Shown piece after piece: positions 27,630 to 35,852 of a DNA stretch of 64,000 bases. Position numbers and translations under genes: made by a program. Within the stretch, counting starts at the first letter, position 1. The number at the start of each line of letters is the position of its first letter. The notes under the pieces are model-generated. The model did not search any database. It worked only from the letters and a program-made list of their open reading frames with translations, and was not told the DNA's origin. Source of the stretch: Promethearchaeati archaeon (GTDB lineage: Archaea; Asgardarchaeota; Heimdallarchaeia; Heimdallarchaeales; Heimdallarchaeaceae); assembly GCA_013166775.1 (NCBI GenBank), contig JABLTJ010000013.1, positions 4,071-68,070 of the forward strand. The letters run 5' to 3'.

Positions 27630-29621
27630 ATGGATCGCAAAAAAAAAAATAGAGTTAAATGCTCTTTTCTGATTATTTTATTCTTCAATTTCAGTTATTC
27701 AACAAGCTTTAATTCTAAAAGTTTTAACTATCCTCAACTTGTTCTAAAAACTACAGGAGGGGGGATTTTACCAGACTATGCAATGTTTATTACACAGAAT
27801 TTAAGAGATATTGGAATATATGTTAAAATCCAAATTGAAGAATGGTCGGTTCTTTATGGTAAGGAGCTTTCCCCATGCAATTATGATTTAGCAATTATTA
27901 AGATGAATTTTAATCAATTTTATCCCCATCCCTCTATATATTTCTCCAATAATGGTTCAAAAAACCTTCTTTTTAAAAATACAGATTTGCCTTATTGGAG
28001 GTTTAATGAAGAAATGCTTACTTTGATGAATCAAGTAGATGATGATGAAAGACAGCAGATCTATTATGATTGGCAGCAGCAGCTAATGGATAAGATTCTA
28101 CCTTGTCTTCCTCTTTTCAATTATCAGAAGCAAATTTCAACATGGTCTACTTTGGAAGGATATAACGTCAATTGGTCTATTTCGAATAATATGCCTTATC
28201 TCTCATTTAATGAAACTCATGAGGGACAAGAGAGCACAGATGAATTCATATTCAGTGATTCAAGTTTTCAAAATCTTAATCCTTTAATGTATACTGATGA
28301 TTCAAGTGTGAATTTAGCCAGCTTTCTTACTGAACAAATTATTCAAATTTCTCCTGAAAATGAGATACTAAAAACTGGATTAATTTATGATTGGGAAGAG
28401 GTGAACGAGAGCTATTATCGTTTCTTTGTAAGAGATAATATCTATTGGAATCCTTCATACAACATAACAGAAAGAACTGAAAACTCACCTCCTTTAAGTA
28501 TTCTCACTACTCCACTGATGAGTGGTTTAAAAGGTGATATTAGCAATGGAACTAATCAAAAAGTAACTGCAAAAGATGTTGCTTTTACACTTCTTTCTTT
28601 AGCCACACAAAATTCAAGTAAATATTACGATCAATATAATTGGATTAGAAGAATAGATATGAATTCAACAAATGATTTAATTTTTTCAATTTTGGTTGAT
28701 TCCAATCCTCAAACGAAAGAACTAGATTTGTTTCAAGGTATTCTTTTCAATTTCCTTTTCATGTTGAATGTTCCTTGTTTACCAGAATTTTTCTTAAATT
28801 CTAGTGATGAAACAATATTTTATACTTCTGGTAGCATACCAGTGAAAGGACTTTACAATGCAAAGAATTCAGTTCAGTGGAACACATATAGTTGTTCAGC
28901 TTTTGGCTGTGGGAAGTATATGTTGGATTATACTCATAGAAATGTAGAGACTCTTCTTCAAGCAAATCCTAATTGGTTCGGAATAGGTCCTCGAGAGGGT
29001 AATAATCAGTCTCTATCTATAGAAAAGGTAAAAATAAGAGATATTTCAGATGATTTCACTTCTTTAGAGGAATTTAAAGCTGGAAAGCTCGATTTGATGG
29101 ATGTCACTTCTTTTAAATCTGAAAGTGTAAAAATGCAAATTGACGATAGATTCGAAATTCATGACACCCTCTCAAGTGATATGACATGTCTTGTTTTCAA
29201 TTTAGATAGACCTTTTATTGGAGGTGCTGACAATTATGTTTTTATGGATACCCCTGGTAAAGAAGAATATACAAAAGGTGTTGCTATTCGTAAAGCAATC
29301 TGTTATGCGATAGATCGAGAAGAGATGAATGAGATTTTACATGATGGAGATTACATAATTTCTCATAATCCTATCCCACCATTTTTCTCATTCTACTATT
29401 ATGACAATATTATCAAGTACTATAGAGATTTAGATGCTGCTTACGAATGGTTGAGGGCTTCTGGACGTGGTGTGTATCTTACTATATATTATCCCGAAGA
29501 TCATAGTGATGCTTTCTTTATTCTAACATGGATTATCGTTGTCGCTGCTAGTTTACAAGTACTAGTTATAATTTTGAATCGTTTAAGCAAATTAAATAGG
29601 AGAAATAAAAAATATGTGTAG
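27630..29621 (+). CDS. Family-5 (OppA/DppA-type) solute-binding-protein homologue, apparently circularly permuted, with signal peptide and C-terminal TM anchor
   Basis: 663 aa. The N-terminal ~190 aa resemble the C-terminal block of SBP_bac_5 proteins (AMFITQNLRDIGIYVKIQIEEW..YDLAII..; DDDERQQIYYDWQQQLMDKILPCLPLF). The following sequence resembles the N-terminal and middle blocks (YRFFVRDNIYWNP, KVTAKDVAFTL, GCGKYML, ANPNWFG, FKAGKLDLMD, IRKAICYAIDREEMNEIL). It ends with a TM helix plus a basic tail. Confidence 0.6.
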   Translation: MDRKKKNRVKCSFLIILFFNFSYSTSFNSKSFNYPQLVLKTTGGGILPDYAMFITQNLRDIGIYVKIQIEEWSVLYGKELSPCNYDLAIIKMNFNQFYPHPSIYFSNNGSKNLLFKNTDLPYWRFNEEMLTLMNQVDDDERQQIYYDWQQQLMDKILPCLPLFNYQKQISTWSTLEGYNVNWSISNNMPYLSFNETHEGQESTDEFIFSDSSFQNLNPLMYTDDSSVNLASFLTEQIIQISPENEILKTGLIYDWEEVNESYYRFFVRDNIYWNPSYNITERTENSPPLSILTTPLMSGLKGDISNGTNQKVTAKDVAFTLLSLATQNSSKYYDQYNWIRRIDMNSTNDLIFSILVDSNPQTKELDLFQGILFNFLFMLNVPCLPEFFLNSSDETIFYTSGSIPVKGLYNAKNSVQWNTYSCSAFGCGKYMLDYTHRNVETLLQANPNWFGIGPREGNNQSLSIEKVKIRDISDDFTSLEEFKAGKLDLMDVTSFKSESVKMQIDDRFEIHDTLSSDMTCLVFNLDRPFIGGADNYVFMDTPGKEEYTKGVAIRKAICYAIDREEMNEILHDGDYIISHNPIPPFFSFYYYDNIIKYYRDLDAAYEWLRASGRGVYLTIYYPEDHSDAFFILTWIIVVAASLQVLVIILNRLSKLNRRNKKYV

Positions 29622-29650
29622 AATATTACACAAAAATAGTTATCTTTGTA

Positions 29651-29660
29651 TAAAATATAA
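29651..29660 (+). promoter_or_regulatory. TATA-like element upstream of the P1-P3/rSAM/methyltransferase cassette
   Basis: TAAAATATAA lies ~45 nt upstream of the ATG at 29705, in the 74-nt gap after the SBP gene. Composition-based guess only. Confidence 0.25.
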
Positions 29661-29704
29661 GATATTTGAGAAATTTGTAACTAAATGATATAAATGTGGT
29701 AAGT

Positions 29705-30202
29705 ATGGATAAGGGAAGAATAAATGAAGTAGGAGAGTTATTGGAAGTTGCCCCTTCTAATTTAAAAGAATCTAAATTTAAAGTATTAGTAAAACGACTT
29801 ACTTATCCTCTGGCCCAGATTGCATTTTTTATATTTTCTATTATTTCAGGAATTTTACTTGGATATTGGGAAAGTCAAATACAAATAGGTTACCCTTTTA
29901 ATCAAATCACAAGAATTTATAGAGCAGGGATTCCGACTCTCTTGATTATCCATAGTGGAAATACGCTATTTTCGATAAAAAATCGCAAGAAATATCGTAT
30001 TTCAAATTTCCTAACAGGATCTATAGTTATTATTAATCTGATACTGTCTGCGATTAGTTTCTTTTTTATCTATAAATTTATGGATGCAAATCTAGGTCTT
30101 AGTGCTTCAGTTCGTTATGGTACTTTCCATAAGAATATAGATAAAATAATTATTTCAAAGATTTCTTCAACTATGAAAGAGGTGTATTATTTAGAAGTGT
30201 GA
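29705..30202 (+). CDS. Three-TM protein P1, paralogue family of unknown function
   Basis: ATG at 29705 (the track offers GTG at 29696). N-terminal INEVGELLEVAPSNLKESK, three hydrophobic helices, a GYP loop, a basic loop SIKNRKKY and a C-terminal RYGTFHK are all shared with P2/P3. Confidence 0.6.
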   Translation: MDKGRINEVGELLEVAPSNLKESKFKVLVKRLTYPLAQIAFFIFSIISGILLGYWESQIQIGYPFNQITRIYRAGIPTLLIIHSGNTLFSIKNRKKYRISNFLTGSIVIINLILSAISFFFIYKFMDANLGLSASVRYGTFHKNIDKIIISKISSTMKEVYYLEV

Positions 30203-30208
30203 TTTAAT

Positions 30209-30664
30209 ATGAACGATGAGAAAATAAACGAAGTTGGAAACTTGTTGGAAATAGATTCTTCAGATATTCAAGAATCAAAACAAAAAAAAATCTGGAAAAA
30301 ACTAATTTTCCCTGTTGTTCAAATTTCAACTATCGTCCTTTCAGCAATCTTAGGTGCTTTAATGGGATACTGGGAAAATAACAGATCATCAGGTTATCCT
30401 GCTTCATGGCTTTACCCAAGGATTTTCTTTTTAGGTCCGATAGCGCTTTTTGGTTTCATTGTAGGAAACATATCAATATCCTCAAAGAACTATAAAAAAA
30501 TTGGATTAAGAGGTGTTTATGCAGCTATTATTATTTTTATGAATATATTGATCTCTGTAGCAAGCTTAGCTTTTACTTATATGGCAATTCGAACTACACC
30601 ACCAGTGATTCTAGGTAGTTATGTAATGTATGGTACTTATAAAAAGCCAAAATATGGAAAATAA
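30209..30664 (+). CDS. Three-TM protein P2, paralogue of P1/P3
   Basis: 151 aa with INEVGNLLEIDSSDIQESK, GYWEN..SGYP, SSKNYKKIGLRG and YGTYKKP. It starts 7 nt after the P1 stop. Confidence 0.65.
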   Translation: MNDEKINEVGNLLEIDSSDIQESKQKKIWKKLIFPVVQISTIVLSAILGALMGYWENNRSSGYPASWLYPRIFFLGPIALFGFIVGNISISSKNYKKIGLRGVYAAIIIFMNILISVASLAFTYMAIRTTPPVILGSYVMYGTYKKPKYGK

Positions 30665-31142
30665 GTGGTTGAATTTGAATAAAGAGAAATTAGATGAAAC
30701 TGGAAAAGTGTTGAATGTTGATTCTTCAGATATTCAAAAATCAAAATCAAAACAAATCTTGAAGAAACTTATTTTTCCTCTTGTTCAGGTTTCAACTATC
30801 ATTCTTTCAGCAACCTCAGGAGCTTTACTGGGATATTTGGAGAAAAAAGAACCATCAGGTTATCCATATGCATGGGATTTCCCGAAGATTTACTTTTTTG
30901 GCCCAATGGCACTTCTAGGTTTTAGTACAGGGAATATATTAATATCTTCAAAAAACTATAAGAAAACCGGATTAAGAGGTACTTCTGCTAGCATTATTGT
31001 TTTTCTAAGTATAGTTATCTCAGTAGCAAGCTTAGTTTTTATTTATATGGCTGTTCAAAATCCACCACCTCCTCTTCAAGGATACGTTCCGCCATTTAAT
31101 GTTTCAATAGATTATGATACCTTTAGAAAGAGAAATTTATAA
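30654..31142 (+). CDS. Three-TM protein P3, paralogue of P1/P2
   Basis: I prefer the ATG at 30654 (MENKWLNLNKEKLDETGKVLNVDSSDIQKSK) to the track start at 30630; it overlaps the P2 stop. SSKNYKKTGLRG and DYDTFRKR are present. By hand count, about 100 of 120 aligned nt are identical to P2 around the first TM helix. Confidence 0.65.
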   Translation: MENKWLNLNKEKLDETGKVLNVDSSDIQKSKSKQILKKLIFPLVQVSTIILSATSGALLGYLEKKEPSGYPYAWDFPKIYFFGPMALLGFSTGNILISSKNYKKTGLRGTSASIIVFLSIVISVASLVFIYMAVQNPPPPLQGYVPPFNVSIDYDTFRKRNL

Positions 31143-31152
31143 TGTGATTAAT

Positions 31153-32217
31153 ATGAAATATAATCTTGATTGCGCAGTTTGGGAATTAACTCTTGAATGT
31201 AATCTTAAGTGTAAACATTGTGGTTCTAGTGCAGGAAAGGCTAGAAAAAACGAGTTAACTACTCAAGAATGCTTCAATCTTTGCGAAGATTTATCAGAAG
31301 TTGGTTGTAGAGAAGTTAGTTTAATGGGTGGGGAACCTTTTGTAAGAGAAGATTGGAATGAAATAGCCTGGTGTGTTAAAGATTTAGGGATGGATTTAGC
31401 TTTTGTAAGTAATGGAATACTCATTCCTCAAGTAATAGAGAAGCTTAATCTATTAGAACCTGTAGTAGTTGGAGTTTCTCTTGATGGTGTAAAAGAAACA
31501 CATGATTATATTAGAAGAAAAGGATCTTATGACGCAGCTCATCAAGCTATAGAACTACTCTTGGAAAATGATATTCAAACGACTGTAATAACCACAATAA
31601 GTAAAACAAATTTCAAAGAATTATTGGAATTGAAGAAACTCATTTATGGAAAAGGAATAAACTGGCAAATTCAAGTATGTATGCCATTTGGATATTTTGA
31701 TCCATCTTTAGTAATTAGTCAAGAAGAATATTATGCTTCTGCTATGTTTATTGTTTCAGAACGGATAAAAAACAAATTCAAAGACATGCCTGTGGTAGGA
31801 GCACATTGTTATGGTTATTTCTCTCATTTACTTCCAAGAAACAATCGATGGGATGGTTGTACTGCAGGAAGATCCACAGTTGGTTTAACTTCAGAAGGTT
31901 CAGTAGTTGGGTGTTTATCAATGGGGAATAACCAATTTATTGAAGGTAATGTGAGAGATAGAAGTTTCAAAGAGATCTGGGAAGATCCTAATTCTTTTGC
32001 TTATAATAGAAATTTCAAACGAGATGATTTCGGTGAAAATTGCATTGATTGTTTTTACGGAGAAAAATGTAAAGGTGGATGTAACTCAACATCTTATCAC
32101 CTTACAAAGAAATTTCATAACACACCTTTATGTTTAAGAAAAATAGAAGAAAAGTTGTTTGATGTGAAGATTCCTAAGAAAGAAAGATCCAATGTCCAAG
32201 AAGTGAAATCATTATGA
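31153..32217 (+). CDS. Radical SAM enzyme with C-terminal SPASM domain
   Basis: ECNLKCKHC is the CxxxCxxC motif (31198..31221). GGEPF is present. Seven SPASM cysteines are present: C249, C267, C310-x2-C-x5-C-x3-C323 and C340, numbered from the track start at 31114. I prefer the ATG at 31153. Confidence 0.85.
   Translation: MKYNLDCAVWELTLECNLKCKHCGSSAGKARKNELTTQECFNLCEDLSEVGCREVSLMGGEPFVREDWNEIAWCVKDLGMDLAFVSNGILIPQVIEKLNLLEPVVVGVSLDGVKETHDYIRRKGSYDAAHQAIELLLENDIQTTVITTISKTNFKELLELKKLIYGKGINWQIQVCMPFGYFDPSLVISQEEYYASAMFIVSERIKNKFKDMPVVGAHCYGYFSHLLPRNNRWDGCTAGRSTVGLTSEGSVVGCLSMGNNQFIEGNVRDRSFKEIWEDPNSFAYNRNFKRDDFGENCIDCFYGEKCKGGCNSTSYHLTKKFHNTPLCLRKIEEKLFDVKIPKKERSNVQEVKSL
31858..32133 (+). 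other. SPASM auxiliary Fe-S cluster cysteine signature within the rSAM gene
   Basis: CTAGRSTVGLTSEGSVVGC ... CIDCFYGEKCKGGC ... C follows the canonical spacing Cx2Cx5Cx3C. Confidence 0.8.
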
Positions 32218-33500
32218 TAAAATTGAATCTAGGTTGTGGTATTTTTTACAAACCAGGATATATAAACATTGATCTTGTTGAAGATAAAATTGCTGATCAG
32301 ATTGCTGACGTTACCAACCTTCCTTATGAGGAAAATAGTGTAGATCTAATAGAAGCATCTCATATAATTGAACATTTTGATGTAAATCAAGTTCCTTTTG
32401 TTCTTTCTGAATGGTACAGAATTTTGAAACCAGGTGGGAAACTAGAGATTGAAATACCAAATTTGTTAAAATCTGTAATTAAACTGAAATTAAGTAAGTA
32501 CAGAAAACAATTATTAACTTTGAAATTTCTGTTTGGAGTAGATTATAGAGGGAATATTCACAAGATAGGTTTTACAAGATTATTCTTAAAAAAATCTCTT
32601 TCCAGAACAGGTTTCAAAAAAATTAGAAGAAAGAAACAAAGAAGCTTCAAAGAAGAAAGAGGTATGAGATACCAGGCAAGCAAACCATTAGATGCTGATT
32701 TATCAAAAAAGAAACATTTTATTACTACTTTCCGTTCAGAAATCAACTCTAATTTTGAAATAAAAGAGACTTTATTCTATGAAGTTTTAGAGAACAACTG
32801 TTTCTTATCGCTTTTTAATATTCTACCTGAAAATATTCAGAAATTTTTCAACACATTTAGGATAACTAATTTCTGTGCTTCTCTATCAATAATTCATCCT
32901 AAATTATCTAAAATCTTTCTCGAGATATTTCCTGAAAATCAGACAAATGAAATCAACAAAGAAGTATTAGACTATCTTGATGAAATTAAATTTCAATCTC
33001 TACTTCTAACTGATTGGATAAAGTGGAGAAAAGATCAATTTAATTTTCCCATTTCTATAACCAAATTCTTCAATCACTGGACATGGAAAATTAATCAAAT
33101 GTTAAACAAAAAAACTGATTTTAAGAAAATGTTGAGCTACTTAACGTCTTTAGAACAAAACTCTAATGAATTTTTCTCAATTGAGATTATTAATATTCAA
33201 TCACTCAGACTAGCTAATCAAGGAATAAGAGCTTTTGAAAAGGAGATTTTTGTAGAAGCTAAAAAGCTTCTTGAAGAGAGTCTTAGAATGAATCCTTCAA
33301 ATATTGAAGCAAATCTAAATCTTGCACGTCTTCTTAGAAAACTAGATCACAATCCAAATCAAATATCTAACTTATATGAATTTGTTCTGTCTGATTTATC
33401 TAATAGGAGAATTAAAAGGAAAATAAGGAAAGAGTATCAATTGATTCTCCTTAACAAGGAGAAAAAAGAAGAATTGAGTCCAATTCAATTGAGAAGTTAA
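32214..33500 (+). CDS. Class I SAM-dependent methyltransferase fused to a long helical/TPR-like C-terminal region
   Basis: 428 aa. LNLGCG is motif I. The Methyltransf_11-type core includes VDLIEASHIIEHF and ILKPGGKLEIEIP. The C-terminal ~230 aa are helical and include EAKKLLEESLRMNPSNIEANLNLARLL. Its ATG overlaps the rSAM TGA as ATGA. Confidence 0.75.
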   Translation: MIKLNLGCGIFYKPGYINIDLVEDKIADQIADVTNLPYEENSVDLIEASHIIEHFDVNQVPFVLSEWYRILKPGGKLEIEIPNLLKSVIKLKLSKYRKQLLTLKFLFGVDYRGNIHKIGFTRLFLKKSLSRTGFKKIRRKKQRSFKEERGMRYQASKPLDADLSKKKHFITTFRSEINSNFEIKETLFYEVLENNCFLSLFNILPENIQKFFNTFRITNFCASLSIIHPKLSKIFLEIFPENQTNEINKEVLDYLDEIKFQSLLLTDWIKWRKDQFNFPISITKFFNHWTWKINQMLNKKTDFKKMLSYLTSLEQNSNEFFSIEIINIQSLRLANQGIRAFEKEIFVEAKKLLEESLRMNPSNIEANLNLARLLRKLDHNPNQISNLYEFVLSDLSNRRIKRKIRKEYQLILLNKEKKEELSPIQLRS

Positions 33501-33555
33501 AATTTATTTTTTAAATCACAAAAGATATCAATGAGTAAGGAGAATTTTAAAAAGA

Positions 33556-34803
33556 ATGACTATAAAGAACTTTGGAGTTACGAAAGAATCAGCTGAAAAA
33601 CTAGAAACTGAAGATGATTTAGCAGTTTTTCGCGATAAATTTTACATACCTGAAAACACAATTTACATGAACGGTAATTCTTTAGGATTACTACCTAAGA
33701 AGGGAGAAAAAACTCTCTTACGAGTTTTAGAAGAATGGAAAACTGGTGGAGTCCAAGGTTGGGTAAATATTGAGAAACCTTGGTTTTTTTTTGCTGAGAA
33801 ATTGGGTGAAAAAGCTGCTTTTCTAGTTGGAGCTAAATCTTCTGAAGTTATCGCAACAGGTACTACTACAATTAACATTCATTCATTGATCAGTACATTT
33901 TATGAACCTGAAGGGAAGAAAACTAAGATTCTAGCTGATGTATTGAATTTTCCTACAGATATTTATGCCCTTCAAAGTCAAGTTAAACTAAAAGGACTAA
34001 ATCCTGAAGAACACTTGGTTCTAGTTAAAAGCAAAGATGGAAGATTCTTAGATGAGCAAACTATTGTCGATGCCATGACTGATGAAATAGCTATTATTCT
34101 GTTGCCATCAGCTCTGTTTAGAAGTGGTCAACTCTTAGATATGAAATACTTAACTGAAGAAGCTCATAAAAGAGGAATTTTAATCGGATGGGACTGTTCT
34201 CATTCAGTTGGAGTTGTTCCCCATTATTTTGATGAATGGGGAGTTGATTTCGCAGTCTGGTGTAGTTACAAATATCTCAATGCGGGTCCAGGTGCAAGTG
34301 CATTTCTTTATATCAACGAGAAACACTTTACCAAAGAAGCTGCATTATCAGGTTGGTTTGGTTATGTAAAAGAGAAACAATTTGAGTTGAACTTACATTT
34401 TGAACAAGCGAAAAATGCAGGAGGGTGGCAGATATCATCCCCATCAATTTTAGGTTCAGCAGCACTTGAAGGAGCATTAGATCTTATATTAGAAGCAGGA
34501 ATAGATGAAATTAGAGAAAAATCATTGAAGATGACTTCCTATATGATTTTCCTTGTTGATGAATTGCTTTCTGGAGAGCCATATAACTTCTCTATTGGAA
34601 CACCGAGAGAAAAGGAGAGAAGAGGAGGTCATGTAGCTTTAGAGCACAAAGAAGCATACAAAATACATGAAGAATTACTAAAGAAAAATGTAGTACATGA
34701 TTTCCGTCCTCCGAACATTGTTCGTATCACTCCATCAGCTCTCTACAATACTTATACAGAGATATGGGAAGTAATTTCCATCATAAAGAGTCTGTTTGAT
34801 TGA
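33556..34803 (+). CDS. kynU: Kynureninase (PLP-dependent)
   Basis: 415 aa with GNSLGLLP, FPTDIYALQSQ, WGVDFAVWCSYKYLNAGPGA (the PLP-lysine block) and SGWFG. An AAGGAG lies upstream of the ATG. Confidence 0.9.
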   Translation: MTIKNFGVTKESAEKLETEDDLAVFRDKFYIPENTIYMNGNSLGLLPKKGEKTLLRVLEEWKTGGVQGWVNIEKPWFFFAEKLGEKAAFLVGAKSSEVIATGTTTINIHSLISTFYEPEGKKTKILADVLNFPTDIYALQSQVKLKGLNPEEHLVLVKSKDGRFLDEQTIVDAMTDEIAIILLPSALFRSGQLLDMKYLTEEAHKRGILIGWDCSHSVGVVPHYFDEWGVDFAVWCSYKYLNAGPGASAFLYINEKHFTKEAALSGWFGYVKEKQFELNLHFEQAKNAGGWQISSPSILGSAALEGALDLILEAGIDEIREKSLKMTSYMIFLVDELLSGEPYNFSIGTPREKERRGGHVALEHKEAYKIHEELLKKNVVHDFRPPNIVRITPSALYNTYTEIWEVISIIKSLFD

Positions 34804-34871
34804 TTCAGCAATTATCCGAGTCTTTGAAAACATTTAATATGCACATTTTTTTCTTCATTTTAAGTGGTTAA

Positions 34872-35852
34872 ATGTTAGCTGTCGAAACCTCAAAGTTAAC
34901 AAAAGATTATAAAACGAAGGAAGCATTCCTTAGAGCTGTAGATACTCTGGATTTAGCAATAGAAGAATCAGAAATTTACAGCTTATTAGGTCCAAACGGA
35001 GCAGGGAAAACTACTAGTGTTAGGATATTAGCTGGTCTCCTTAGACCCACTGACGGAAATGCAAAAGTACTCGGTTTAGATATAATCAAAGATGCCCAGG
35101 AAATAAGAAGTAATGTTGGTTTGTTAACAGAAACTCCTGCTTTGTATGAACGTTTAACAGTCCGTCGGAATCTTGAATTTATAGCAGATTTGTATGATGT
35201 TCCAAAAGAGGAAGTTAAACCAAGGATTGAAGAGATTATTGACCTTTTTGAGATATCAGAAAAAATAGATGAACCAGCAGGTGCCCTTTCTAAAGGTATG
35301 AAACAAAAAGTAGCTATAGCTAGAGCAATGTTTCATGACCCCAAAATCATCTTTCTAGATGAACCAACAGCATCATTAGCACCTGAATCAGCAAAGATAG
35401 TAAGAGAGCAGATTCAGAAACTTGCTAAAACAGAACACAGAACTTTTTTCATTTGTACACATAATCTGTTTGAAGCTGAAATCCTTTCTTCAAGAGTAGG
35501 GATAATTAATAGAGGGAGTCTTGTTGCAGAAGGAACACCAGCAGAATTGCGAGATTTACACAAAGATCAGCGAATTACAGTTTTTCGTTTCACAAAATGG
35601 GATAATGCTCTAAAGAATTTCTTTGAAGATTTAGATTTAGAACTTATAGAAATTGACCAAAATCAAAAATCTATTTCAGCAATCATTCCTCAAGTAGAAA
35701 AACAAACTCCTACCATTATAGAGAATCTTGTCAAACAGAAGTATTCTATGGTAGAAGTACGTCATGAATATCCCACACTGGAAAAAATATACTTGGAGTT
35801 AGTTGAGACGGAGAGTATTCCAAGAGAAGAAGAGGAGGAGATAGAAGAATGA
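34872..35852 (+). CDS. ABC transporter ATP-binding protein (ABC-2 exporter type)
   Basis: Walker A is GPNGAGKTT, the signature is LSKGMKQKVAIARA and Walker B is IIFLDEPT. An acidic tail EEEEEIEE is present. Confidence 0.9.
   Translation: MLAVETSKLTKDYKTKEAFLRAVDTLDLAIEESEIYSLLGPNGAGKTTSVRILAGLLRPTDGNAKVLGLDIIKDAQEIRSNVGLLTETPALYERLTVRRNLEFIADLYDVPKEEVKPRIEEIIDLFEISEKIDEPAGALSKGMKQKVAIARAMFHDPKIIFLDEPTASLAPESAKIVREQIQKLAKTEHRTFFICTHNLFEAEILSSRVGIINRGSLVAEGTPAELRDLHKDQRITVFRFTKWDNALKNFFEDLDLELIEIDQNQKSISAIIPQVEKQTPTIIENLVKQKYSMVEVRHEYPTLEKIYLELVETESIPREEEEEIEE

Noticed and set aside
27639-27649. Homopolymeric A tracts inside 5' coding regions (A11 at codons 3-7 of the SBP gene, A9 at 30282..30290 in P2) as possible slipped-strand phase-variation switches
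   Set aside because: They encode ordinary Lys-rich segments next to signal or TM helices in a very A/T-rich genome. Without population or read-level length variation there is no evidence of switching.
29705-31142. P1-P3 as classical short RiPP precursor peptides
   Set aside because: They are 150-170 aa with three TM helices and have no obvious leader/Cys-rich core organisation. I therefore report the cassette as an unclassified rSAM-associated system, not as a sactipeptide- or ranthipeptide-type cluster.
15734-34803. LigB-type dioxygenase, pirin and kynureninase as one aromatic or tryptophan catabolic cluster
   Set aside because: The three genes are separated by many unrelated genes on both strands and show no operon structure. 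Linking them would be speculation.
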